From Actinomycetota bacterium (GTDB taxonomy: Bacteria > Actinomycetota > Actinomycetes > S36-B12 > UBA5976), in NCBI GenBank assembly GCA_947452765.1, contig CANGDR010000002.1, forward strand, positions 24,407 to 88,406: a stretch of DNA of 64,000 nucleotides. The letters are read 5' to 3'. This document shows, piece by piece, positions 20,055 through 29,065 of this stretch. The notes beneath the pieces were generated by a model that made no database searches, was not told where the DNA came from, and saw nothing but the letters and a program-made list of their open reading frames with translations. How positions within the stretch are numbered: the first letter of the stretch is position 1; each line of letters starts with the position of its first letter. Both the position numbers and the translations under genes were made by a program.

Positions 20055-20576
20055 TTACTTGATAGGACCTGTTACGGCCTCAGGGAAATAATTCTGTCCA
20101 ATTCCAGAAGAACGTTTTGGGATCATCACAGATCGCACCCAAGTCATTACTTCGATGCCATCCTGGTTTAAGCCACGAGTACGCATGGTTAGAACGCCGA
20201 AATCAGGGCGGGAACTTGATTCCCGAATTTCTAAAACCTTACTCTCTGCGTACAAAGTATCGCCTACATAAACCGGTGCAGTTAACTTAATTTCCGACCA
20301 ACCAAGATTTGCCACGGCGTGCTGGCTCATATCTAGCACCGACATGCCAAGTACAAGTGCAACCGTAAGTCCCGAATTCACGATTATTCGACCTTCAGCG
20401 ATTGGGTTCATTTTTGCGTAATGCTCATTGAAATGATTCTGATTTGTATTAACAGTCAACAGCGTGAACCAAGTTGAATCTGCTTCGGTAATTGTGCGAC
20501 CTAATGGGTGTTGGTAAACATCTCCAGCAACAAAGTCTTCGACAAAATTTCCAATTTCCGCTTTATGTAAAGTCAT
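20055..20576 (-). CDS. MaoC-family (hotdog fold) dehydratase
   Basis: 173 aa. The ..VYQHPLGRTITEADSTWFTLLTVNTNQNHFN.. pattern is typical of MaoC-like dehydratases. Confidence 0.7.
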   Translation of the reverse strand: MTLHKAEIGNFVEDFVAGDVYQHPLGRTITEADSTWFTLLTVNTNQNHFNEHYAKMNPIAEGRIIVNSGLTVALVLGMSVLDMSQHAVANLGWSEIKLTAPVYVGDTLYAESKVLEIRESSSRPDFGVLTMRTRGLNQDGIEVMTWVRSVMIPKRSSGIGQNYFPEAVTGPIK

Positions 20577-20609
20577 ATGTAAATCATGCCTTACGAATAA
20601 CAGTGGTGC

Positions 20610-20981
20610 TTACTTATCCGTATCTTGGCGGCGGTCCCAGCGGTCTTCTAGGCCCTGCATAAAATTCGTTGAAGGCTTTGGTTTCTTGGCATCCTGCCTG
20701 GCGGCCTGATCTGGCGCTGCCTTATTTCCTGAAACCGCAAAGGAAAGACCAATAACTATTGCAATAAAACCAGCAACTCCGATTAGTGGCATAGCCAGTG
20801 AAACCGCTGCAATCATGAAACCAATTCCAGTAACCACCGAGAGCACTGCAATTCCTACGCTCTTTGGCGTCGTGCGGCCGTTCATGGAACCACGAAGGGT
20901 CGAGGCAAATTTAGGGTCTTCGGTAGCTAGAGCACGCTCCATCTGTTGTAACAGTTTTTGCTCATGGTCTGACAGTGGCAT
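20610..20981 (-). CDS. DUF3040 family membrane protein
   Basis: MPLSDHEQKLLQQMERALATEDPKFASTLRG N-terminus followed by two TM segments. Confidence 0.8.
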   Translation of the reverse strand: MPLSDHEQKLLQQMERALATEDPKFASTLRGSMNGRTTPKSVGIAVLSVVTGIGFMIAAVSLAMPLIGVAGFIAIVIGLSFAVSGNKAAPDQAARQDAKKPKPSTNFMQGLEDRWDRRQDTDK

Positions 20982-21117
20982 TTTGCTCCCCTCGATCCCT
21001 AAATTTGATCTTTCAATCTATAACCACCTCAAGAATACGTCCGGAATCCGACATTGGAAACACGAACGGGTGTCTTTGGTATTCAGATCAGGTTATTTTG
21101 TCCATATTTAGGCTAAA

Positions 21118-22347
21118 TCAGTCAGGTTCGGGTCGAATCAATCTGGCAGGGCGCACCGCCGATCTCCCATATTTCTTAGAAACTCGATCTACTGCTTCTT
21201 CTGCTTCTCGCCAGCCTGAGTCCCGTTCTGAGAATTCCAGTTGGATGGACGATTGGCTGGCTGGAACCAACCCAGTTGCCCGAACTCCGACTAGGCGAAT
21301 GCGGGCGCGCTGTAAATGCATGGCTTCGAACAAGCTTTTAGCAGTGCCGTAGATCTCGGTACCAAGGTCAGTTGAAGCAGGTAAAGACTTGCTGCGAGTA
21401 ACTGATGTGAAGTCCGCGAATTTAATTTTGATGGTTATAGTTCGAGCAAAGAATTCTCCGGCTCGCAATCGCTGCCCAACTTTATTGCTTAAATCTAAGA
21501 TTTGTGCAAGCAATATTTCTGGATCGTCAATGTCTGTCTCGAAAGTTCGTTCGGCTCCAATGCTTTTTTCGGACACATTTGGTAGTACTGAGCGTGGATC
21601 TCGACCCCAAGACAATTCCGAAAGATGTTCAGCGGCTGCCTTGCCAACAACTCGAGCCAAAGTCGACACAGGAGTATTGGCTATATCTGCCACAGTCTTT
21701 AAACCGAGCCGAGCTAGCTGCTCGGCAGTTTTTTCGCCAACTCCCCAGAGCGCTCCAATTGGAAGTGGGTGCAAAAACTCGATTACTTTGTCGAAAGGCA
21801 CAACATGCAACCCATCAGGCTTGGCAAAGTTTGTTGCGAGTTTAGCCACAAACATAGTTGGAGCTACGCCAACTGAGCATGTTATGCCTTGCTCGTCACT
21901 TACCCGGGCTCGAATTGACTCGCCGATTTGTGACGGTGAGCCGATCAATTTTATTGCACCTGATACATCCAAGAATGCTTCATCTAACGAAAGTGGTTGG
22001 ACCAAGGGTGTGATTGACTCAAAAATAGTCATTACATTTTCAGATGCCTTGGCATATTTTTCGTGATCAGGCTCAACAACTACGGCAAGTGGTGCAAGAC
22101 GTAGTGCACGTGACATCGGCATCGCGGAATGTACGCCCAGTTTTCTAGCTTGATAGGTAGCAGATAAAACCACACCACGATTGCCACCGTGTCCAACTAT
22201 GACTTGTTTGCCTTTGAGTTCTGGGTTATCCCGAACTTCCACCGAAGCATAAAAAGCGTCCATATCTATGTGGAGAATATTGCAGTTGGTGTCGTCTCCG
22301 ATCGGATCGCGCGCAGCTCCCCCGCGATCAAGTTGTGAACGACTCAT
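21118..22347 (-). CDS. dinB: Y-family DNA polymerase IV (DinB type, catalytic residues intact)
   Basis: HIDMDAFYASVE and SLDEAFLDVSG catalytic motifs, GVGEKTAEQL helix-hairpin-helix, possible clamp motif QLEF near the C-terminus. Start ATG 22347-22345 overlaps the dnaE2 TGA 22346-22344 (ATGA). Confidence 0.88.
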   Translation of the reverse strand: MSRSQLDRGGAARDPIGDDTNCNILHIDMDAFYASVEVRDNPELKGKQVIVGHGGNRGVVLSATYQARKLGVHSAMPMSRALRLAPLAVVVEPDHEKYAKASENVMTIFESITPLVQPLSLDEAFLDVSGAIKLIGSPSQIGESIRARVSDEQGITCSVGVAPTMFVAKLATNFAKPDGLHVVPFDKVIEFLHPLPIGALWGVGEKTAEQLARLGLKTVADIANTPVSTLARVVGKAAAEHLSELSWGRDPRSVLPNVSEKSIGAERTFETDIDDPEILLAQILDLSNKVGQRLRAGEFFARTITIKIKFADFTSVTRSKSLPASTDLGTEIYGTAKSLFEAMHLQRARIRLVGVRATGLVPASQSSIQLEFSERDSGWREAEEAVDRVSKKYGRSAVRPARLIRPEPD

Positions 22348-25300
22348 GGTGCCATCTTTGCGGCTGATCGCATAGATCGCGCGATATCTGTGCCAGCGGG
22401 TCGCACGTCGGCAAATGGTGACAGTCGGAAACCACTTGCGTGCTCCCAAATCCGAGTGGGAACAACTGGATCTGCTTGGGTTATTGGTTCTTGGTGAATT
22501 AGATCTTGGACTGCACTAATTCCACCATCGCGCCAAACTCGATAAACCTCAGATAGTTCCCAGCAGCCATCAGCCAAAATGGAAACTCCACGGGGACCAG
22601 TTCTGCGGACAGTTCCACTAACTAGAAGTAGCCAGGAGTGAAATAGCACTGGGGCGTGCATGTCGAGTGCATTTTCAAAGAAAGTAGCATCAACCGTTCC
22701 AGTTGAATCATCCAAAGTAACGAATGCCACTCGCTTACCTGATCTAATTGGCGGAGTTTGCGTGGAGACTTTCACGCCTGCGACCAGCACTTTGGAACGC
22801 GAGCGTACTTCAAGTAAGTGCTTTGCCGGAACTGCATTTAATTCGCGCAACATTTCTTGATAGAAACTCACTACGTGTGCACTTACATCTAGCCCAAGAA
22901 TCTCGATTTCATATTTAACGCGGTCTGCAAGCGAAAGTTTGGGTAAGCCAGTTGGCTTGGGTTGCCAATCTATAAACTCCAATCCAAATGAGATCTGATC
23001 CACTCCAACTGGTCGATAAGAGCTCTTTAATTTGAATTCATTGGCCAGATCTGAAACATGAAGTAATAAATCGCGGCGCGAAACTAGCTGACCATGTAAT
23101 CCATCGAAGCCGCCAGCTAAAACAATCCGTTCAATGATCGGCCGTGATGCTCGGCTGCGTGCGACAAAATCAGCTAGTGATCGATAAGGCTGACTTTCCA
23201 TAATCGAATTAACTTCATGAGAGCTAATTCCTTTAACTTCCGAAAGCGGGATCCTTATCCCCAACTTGCCATCTTGGTTAGGTTCAACTGCATAAACGTC
23301 AGTTGAGGAGTTAACGTCTAAGCCATAAATGTCTACCCCAAAACTTCGGGCATCATCGACTATCAAGCGCTTTGGGTACATACCTGGGTCATGCGTTAAC
23401 ACCCCAGCCATGAATGCTGCGGGATGGTGTGCCTTAAACCAGGCGGACTGGTAAGTAGGCAGTGCAAAAGCTGCTGCGTGCGCTTTACAAAAACCAAATG
23501 ATGCAAAAGATCTCAGCACATCCCAAACTTCTTCTACTACCGTTAGGGCGTACTTTCGCTTTCGCAATGAAATGTAGAACCATTCCCGAATTTCATCAAG
23601 TTGGTTGACGTCACCCATTCGGCGACGGATCAAGTCGGCTTCTTCTAAGGAGCACCCAGTCATAGTCGAAACAATCCGCATAACTTGCTCATGGAAAACC
23701 ACAACACCTGAGGTCTCGGCCAATATCGGCTCTAAATCAGAATGCATAAAGTGGGTATCCCCCCAGCCTTGCCGAGCTCGCAAGAATGGTGTGATCATGT
23801 CGCTTTTAACTGGCCCGGGACGGAATAGCGAAATATCAGTAATTAAGTCTCCGAAAGTTTCTGGCGCAAATTTCCCAATAAGTTCGCGTTGGCCTGGCGA
23901 TTCAATCTGGAAGCAACCAAGAGTGTGGGTACTTTGAATTAACTCGAAAGTTTTCGGATCGTCTATCGGCACTGCCTCTAAATCGATTAAACCTTGCGAG
24001 TTAGCGCCATAAGCCTGTGGGCCTTCGACCCTTGCCACCTCTGAGATCGCATAAGCCAAGGCAGATTGCATCCGCACTCCAAGGACATCAAGCTTTAACA
24101 GTCCCATGTGCTCAACATCGTCTTTATCGAACTGGGACATTGGGTAGTCCTGGGCACTTTCTTGAACTGGAGTGCGCTTCAACAAAGTTAGGTCTGATAA
24201 AACCACACCACAGGGATGTAATGCCATATGTCTAGGTAAGCCATCAAGGCCTTCGACCAAATCTAAAAATTGATCCAGATCCCCGCGCTGTGCCAAAACT
24301 CCAAGACCACTGCGGCGAAGTTCTGGCAATTCAGCTAGAGCGCTTCGGACATACTTCGCACGAATATGTGGAAAGGATTTAGCAAACGTATTGATTTCAC
24401 CAGGTGGCATACCAAGGGCTGCGCCGACATCTCGAATTGCATGCCGAACTCGATATGTTTCTCGCATTGATACACAAGTAGTCCGCTCTTTCCCAAAGCG
24501 CTCAAAGATTGCATCGTAAATGTCTGTCCGACGGTCTGACTCAACGTCTATATCTATGTCAGGTAATCCAGGACGCAGTGTGGAAACAAACCGCTCCATA
24601 AGTAAGTTATGCGCGACTGGATCAACCCCAGAAATTCCCAATATGTGGTTTATGAAACTTCCGGCGCCAGAACCGCGCGCAGCAACTCTAATTCCCATAT
24701 TGCGAACCATCTGGACTACTTCGGCAACAGTTAAGACATAACCAGCAAAGCCCATTTTGGTTATCACTGAAAGTTCGTCGACTAGTCGGTCACTAACACT
24801 ATGCCGATCATCAGTGCGAGTCACGCTTTTATCGACAAAGTAATGCTGTAATCCGATCTCGCAGCGATCTCGCAGCACCATGTCCGCAGACCTGGTTTCA
24901 TCAGGTAGCAGCATAGAAAGTTCCGGGACATAAACGTCTTTCATACCCAAGTCGGCGGCTGGGTCAATTACACAGCTCTCGCCTAATGAAATGGTTTGCT
25001 GAATTAAGGATCGGCTGATGTTGCGTGGATCGCCAACCATTCCAGCAATACGTTGCGCAAGTATCATCATGTGTTCACTAGAAGCAAGAAAAGCTTGATT
25101 AGTTGTGGTCTGTCGATTTCGCACAGTTAACGCAATCTGGCGCCGTGACGAATCTAAAACATCGGCAATGCGCGAATCGTTGGAATCTCGGTATCGAACC
25201 GCGTTAGTTAAGACTGCAGGTGTGCGATGCACAATTGCCCACTGCAGCATGCGGGCTGCGAAAGTATCAGAGAGGTTAGGTCCCTCGGGCTTTTGGGCAT

Positions 25301-25844
25301 GCGTGACAATCTCAATCAAAGTCTTGACATCATGGTTGCGCCATTGCTCGAAAAAATCTAATGCGCGATCTGGGCGTCGATTCAAAATATTGTGACCAAC
25401 ATCAGAATGTGGACCGAGTAGAGCAACTACCCCATGCTCTCCAGCCAATGCCATAAGTTCGTTGCGTTCTATCTCGGGGTCATCGCGAGATCCTTGATGT
25501 GCACGAGAAATAATGGCGCACAAGCCAGCCCAACTTTGCTTGTCATGTGCCAATAGCGTTACGCGCGGACGTTCTGGTTTAACCCACTTGCCGCCATGTG
25601 CTGGGGTTGGTAAATATGGTTGCGGTGTTGCCAGTGCAATATCCGCACCCAAGATTGGTGAGATCCCAGCAGATGCGCACGCATGCAAAAAAGTAACTGC
25701 GCCAGATACTGTGTCGCGATCAGTTAGGGCAAGTGCAGGCTGCCCAAACTCGGCTGCGCGCGCGACTAAATCTTGGGGCGTTGTAGTTCCATAACGCATT
25801 GACAAGGCAGATGCGACATGAAGATGTATGAATGACTCACTCAT
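22344..25844 (-). CDS. dnaE2: error-prone DNA polymerase III alpha paralog DnaE2
   Basis: 1166 aa. N-terminal PHP domain (FIHLHVASALSMRYGTTTPQDL.. ALTDRDTVSGA), pol III alpha core, SOS box upstream, and a Y-family polymerase downstream. Confidence 0.85.
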   Translation of the reverse strand: MSESFIHLHVASALSMRYGTTTPQDLVARAAEFGQPALALTDRDTVSGAVTFLHACASAGISPILGADIALATPQPYLPTPAHGGKWVKPERPRVTLLAHDKQSWAGLCAIISRAHQGSRDDPEIERNELMALAGEHGVVALLGPHSDVGHNILNRRPDRALDFFEQWRNHDVKTLIEIVTHAQKPEGPNLSDTFAARMLQWAIVHRTPAVLTNAVRYRDSNDSRIADVLDSSRRQIALTVRNRQTTTNQAFLASSEHMMILAQRIAGMVGDPRNISRSLIQQTISLGESCVIDPAADLGMKDVYVPELSMLLPDETRSADMVLRDRCEIGLQHYFVDKSVTRTDDRHSVSDRLVDELSVITKMGFAGYVLTVAEVVQMVRNMGIRVAARGSGAGSFINHILGISGVDPVAHNLLMERFVSTLRPGLPDIDIDVESDRRTDIYDAIFERFGKERTTCVSMRETYRVRHAIRDVGAALGMPPGEINTFAKSFPHIRAKYVRSALAELPELRRSGLGVLAQRGDLDQFLDLVEGLDGLPRHMALHPCGVVLSDLTLLKRTPVQESAQDYPMSQFDKDDVEHMGLLKLDVLGVRMQSALAYAISEVARVEGPQAYGANSQGLIDLEAVPIDDPKTFELIQSTHTLGCFQIESPGQRELIGKFAPETFGDLITDISLFRPGPVKSDMITPFLRARQGWGDTHFMHSDLEPILAETSGVVVFHEQVMRIVSTMTGCSLEEADLIRRRMGDVNQLDEIREWFYISLRKRKYALTVVEEVWDVLRSFASFGFCKAHAAAFALPTYQSAWFKAHHPAAFMAGVLTHDPGMYPKRLIVDDARSFGVDIYGLDVNSSTDVYAVEPNQDGKLGIRIPLSEVKGISSHEVNSIMESQPYRSLADFVARSRASRPIIERIVLAGGFDGLHGQLVSRRDLLLHVSDLANEFKLKSSYRPVGVDQISFGLEFIDWQPKPTGLPKLSLADRVKYEIEILGLDVSAHVVSFYQEMLRELNAVPAKHLLEVRSRSKVLVAGVKVSTQTPPIRSGKRVAFVTLDDSTGTVDATFFENALDMHAPVLFHSWLLLVSGTVRRTGPRGVSILADGCWELSEVYRVWRDGGISAVQDLIHQEPITQADPVVPTRIWEHASGFRLSPFADVRPAGTDIARSMRSAAKMAP

Positions 25845-25850
25845 CGCGCG

Positions 25851-26132
25851 CTAATCCATCACTCGGCGAACAAACCAGCGGTCATCACTTGTTGATATGT
25901 CGTAGACGCCTAAACTTTCCGATCGGTCAGCAGCAGCTTCAACTCGCCACACTCGCCAGTCCCGTGAGTCAGTTGAATTGCGGCGCCACCAAGCGGAGGA
26001 TTCCATCCAAGTAAGTAATACAGCCACAACTACATAGCGCCGGCCGCGCCAGCCAAACTGGGTTGGAAAACCACGGTCGTCAACGCGCACTCGAACCAGA
26101 GATCTGGGGGTTGTGCCGTAGTTGCGGGACAT
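25851..26132 (-). CDS. uncharacterised Trp/Arg-rich 93-aa protein, first gene of the dnaE2 operon (possibly the DUF6504 family, from memory)
   Basis: MSRNYGTTPRSLVRVRVDDRGFPTQFGWRGRRYVVV..WWRR..DWRVWRVEAA..VYDI..DDRWFVRRVMD. Its stop is 6 nt before the dnaE2 ATG. I moved the start to ATG 26132 because the longer ORF would run through the SOS box. Confidence 0.6.
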   Translation of the reverse strand: MSRNYGTTPRSLVRVRVDDRGFPTQFGWRGRRYVVVAVLLTWMESSAWWRRNSTDSRDWRVWRVEAAADRSESLGVYDISTSDDRWFVRRVMD

Positions 26133-26142
26133 TACTAGCCTT

Positions 26143-26158
26143 TCGAACATATGTTCGA
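26143..26158. promoter_or_regulatory. LexA (SOS) box, actinobacterial type
   Basis: TCGAAC-ATAT-GTTCGA is a perfect match to the TCGAAC-N4-GTTCGA palindrome. It sits 11-26 nt upstream of the ATG at 26132. Confidence 0.8.
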
Positions 26159-26230
26159 ATAGCATACGACTAGCGACCGACGGGTTTCCAATCTTTAGGA
26201 AAATCCGGATAAATCAAGGGTTAGCCCAGA

Positions 26231-27331
26231 TTAAAGTCCGTGGATTCCTGCGGACTTAGTAATGAGTTTGGCTTGCACCTCAGTCAAAGCCTGCTCTGGC
26301 AGGCGCTCGCGGTCCGCGCCATACGGGTCGTCAATGTTGGTTTTAACGCCAGACATGGACTCTAAAACTGCCAAGCCACAGTACGGAACGTAAGTCGGTG
26401 AATAGCCACCTTCATGCGTCATCATTACTTTGCCGTCACAAACTTCATCGGCCACAGTAAGCAGCATTTCAGTTAGCTGTCGGTAGCCAGATGCCGTAAG
26501 CAACATTCGGCCAAGCGGATCAAAAGCGCTTGCATCAAAACCCGATGGCACCACAATCACATCGGGATTAAACCTACGAATAGCCGGCACGACAACTTTG
26601 CTAAATGCTTCAACGTAAGCGCCATTACCTGAGCCAGCTGGCAACGGAATGTTTATCACGGAACCGCTCGCTGACTGATCACCAGCGTCATCAACTAAAC
26701 CGCTATTAATCGGATACAAGTTGTCTTGGTGAATCGAAATACATAAGACGTTTGGATCCGAATAGTAAATCTCTTGAGTGCCATTGCCATGATGTACATC
26801 CCAGTCAACAACAGCTACCCGCTTGACTCCCATAGTTGCTCGAACATTTTCAATCGCAATAGCGGCATTTGCAAAGATGCAAAATCCCATACCGTTCGAC
26901 GGTCGAGCATGATGACCCGGTGGTCGCACTAATGCATATGCATTGTTAACTGTGCCACCTACTACTGCACGCAAAGCTTGAATCGCGCCACCAGCCGCAA
27001 GAGCTGCAATATCGTAACCACCATAACCAAATGGTGATTCGCCATCTCCAGCATCACCACCCTTTGGATTTAGGCTCTCAGCTTTGATTCGAGCTATATG
27101 TTCTGCACTGTGAATACGAAGAATGTCTTCTTCCGTTGCAGCTACCGCAGGGATCCGAACAAGGTCTTTGGCAAGTCCAGAAACTTCTACCAAGGAAGCA
27201 AACCGAACTTTAGTTTCGGCACTTTCAAAGTGTTGATACGGCTGCACGGTTGTACTTGGAAATACGTGCCCAGCAAATGTTCCAGTGTCGTGCCAGCCGT
27301 AAAGCTCTTCCCATACATAACCAGTTGTCAT
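26231..27331 (-). CDS. histone-deacetylase-family amidohydrolase (acetylpolyamine/acetoin-utilisation type)
   Basis: VVDWDVHHGNGTQ, PPGHHA and HEGGYS motifs. Likely start is MTTGYVWEELYGWHDTG at 27331. Confidence 0.85.
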   Translation of the reverse strand: MTTGYVWEELYGWHDTGTFAGHVFPSTTVQPYQHFESAETKVRFASLVEVSGLAKDLVRIPAVAATEEDILRIHSAEHIARIKAESLNPKGGDAGDGESPFGYGGYDIAALAAGGAIQALRAVVGGTVNNAYALVRPPGHHARPSNGMGFCIFANAAIAIENVRATMGVKRVAVVDWDVHHGNGTQEIYYSDPNVLCISIHQDNLYPINSGLVDDAGDQSASGSVINIPLPAGSGNGAYVEAFSKVVVPAIRRFNPDVIVVPSGFDASAFDPLGRMLLTASGYRQLTEMLLTVADEVCDGKVMMTHEGGYSPTYVPYCGLAVLESMSGVKTNIDDPYGADRERLPEQALTEVQAKLITKSAGIHGL

Positions 27332-27360
27332 GGTGATGACTTTACAACTTTGCGGGCTGA

Positions 27361-28782
27361 TTAACTGTCGAATCCCATACCAAAGCGATCTAGGCTGCGG
27401 AGCCATAAATTTCGCTTGCCGTGGTTGCGATCTGCTTTATCCAAGGACCAGCGCGTGAAGTTAATCCCCGCAGATTTAAATGGTTCAGGCGGGAATGGGA
27501 TTGGCAAAGTGTTAACCATCTCGAGGGATCGACGTTCAGTATCTCGATTCAATAGTTTGTCGATCGCAACTCGGGCGCCGAATCTAGAAGCTCCTACGCC
27601 AAGTCCGGTGTACCCAGCAACGTAAACAACTTTGTCGTTCATTGCAGTTCCCCAGAAAGCGCTAAAGCGAGTGCAAGTATCAATCGCACCACTCCAGGCA
27701 TACTCAAATCGCAAACCTTCTAGCTGCGGAAAAGTTGTAAAGAAATGATCAGCCAGTTTTGGCCAAGACTTACTTGAATGTTCATGCTGCGCACCAAAGC
27801 CACTTCGGAAATGATATGTCGCGTCATAACCACCCCAAAGAATGCGACCATCAGCAGTTGGCCGGTAGTAATGGAACTGATTTCCACTATCGCTAACACC
27901 TTCATTGCCGGCCCAACCAATATCACGATGCTGTTGTTCGCTTAGCGGTTCAGTAACTAGAACCGAGTCATAAACCGGAACAACTAAATACTTCAGTCGG
28001 CGCAGTAATGGTGGGAATGCATTGGTCGCGAGTAATACGCGCGGCGCAACCACACTTCCGAATTCCGTTTTAGCGGTTACTTGATCGCCCCGCTCATCTA
28101 GGTCTACAACTTTGCTGTGTTCGTAAATCCGAACCCCAAGTTCCAGGGCAACATCCCGCAAACCCCAAGCTAGCCGCGCTGGATCGCAAATTGCGACACT
28201 ATCCGGATCAAACAAAGCGCCTAAATAAGTTGGCGAATTAAGGCGGCGGCGGGTTTCGGTTTGGTCCAACCAAATTAACTCTTCGCCATACGGCTTAGCA
28301 ACATCAACAAACTCTTGCAGTCCTTCGACTTGATATTCTTCAGTTGCCACATCCATTTCGCCAACGCGCATCCAGTCGCAATCAATTTTGTGATCAGCGA
28401 TGAATGCTTCCATCTCATCCAAATTCTCGTGACCCATGCGAGTCAGAGCTTGTATGTCGTTTGGCCAACGATCTAATCCGTTTGCAAAACCGTGCGTTAA
28501 GGAGGCAGCTACAAAGCCGCCATTTTGCCCGGATGCACCTTGGGCAATTGCATTACCTTCAACCAGCACAACATCAAGATCAGGATCGTGTTGCTTAGCT
28601 TCGATTGCCGCCCATAATCCAGTGAAGCCACCGCCGACAATTAATAAATCCGCAGTTAAATTTCCAACTACACGGGAAGCATCAGTAGCCGGTTCGGCAT
28701 CGTCATCCATCCAATATGAGCCTTCCCAAACATCGGCAAGGGATGGAAGAACATGTGGTGAAGCTATATGTGAAAAAACCAT
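27361..28782 (-). CDS. FAD-dependent oxidoreductase (DAO family, gamma-glutamylputrescine-oxidase-like)
   Basis: Dinucleotide fold DLLIVGGGFTGLWAA..VLVEG. Paralogous to 33155-34537. Confidence 0.8.
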   Translation of the reverse strand: MVFSHIASPHVLPSLADVWEGSYWMDDDAEPATDASRVVGNLTADLLIVGGGFTGLWAAIEAKQHDPDLDVVLVEGNAIAQGASGQNGGFVAASLTHGFANGLDRWPNDIQALTRMGHENLDEMEAFIADHKIDCDWMRVGEMDVATEEYQVEGLQEFVDVAKPYGEELIWLDQTETRRRLNSPTYLGALFDPDSVAICDPARLAWGLRDVALELGVRIYEHSKVVDLDERGDQVTAKTEFGSVVAPRVLLATNAFPPLLRRLKYLVVPVYDSVLVTEPLSEQQHRDIGWAGNEGVSDSGNQFHYYRPTADGRILWGGYDATYHFRSGFGAQHEHSSKSWPKLADHFFTTFPQLEGLRFEYAWSGAIDTCTRFSAFWGTAMNDKVVYVAGYTGLGVGASRFGARVAIDKLLNRDTERRSLEMVNTLPIPFPPEPFKSAGINFTRWSLDKADRNHGKRNLWLRSLDRFGMGFDS

Positions 28783-29020
28783 TTCAAGGGTCCAAACGTT
28801 TGGGTGAGCTTTTGCTCACTGGTGATCAGATGTGTCTGGCAAAAATCGCCAGCATTTGTTTCTGTCGGTATTCGCAGATTCGCGAAACCGGATCCCACCA
28901 GTCCCTCTCTATATGTGCACTAGGCCTACCTGCTTAGTGCCAATCGGCCACCTCTACAGGTGATCCCCTTGCCCTTTCATTCTAAGCACAACTCTTTTCA
29001 AGTGTCCGAATTTGGGCATA

Positions 29021-29055
29021 AAAATTGGCGGACCCGTTAGGGGTCCGCCAATTTT
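29021..29055 (-). terminator. intrinsic terminator after the aldehyde dehydrogenase gene
   Basis: aaaattggcggaccc / loop gtta / gggtccgccaatttt, immediately downstream of the stop at 29066. Confidence 0.75.
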
Positions 29056-29065
29056 AGGGGGCTAA

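Noticed and set aside
21389-22066. Long antisense ORFs inside real genes. Examples: 21389-22066 (225 aa, opposite dinB), 57782-58330 (182 aa, opposite ffh), 49391-49897 (opposite dprA), 5357-5827 (opposite ftsQ), 7053-7517 (opposite murC/murG)
   Set aside because: They are shadow frames of well-supported genes. Their composition is Arg/Ser/Ala/Pro-rich and low in complexity, they have no start-site signals, and they carry no recognisable motifs.
26133-26165. Longer 104-aa version of the small ORF starting at 26165 (MLFEHMFERLV...)
   Set aside because: Those 11 extra codons are simply the translation of the LexA palindrome TCGAACATATGTTCGA. The ATG at 26132, with AAGG upstream, is the sensible start.
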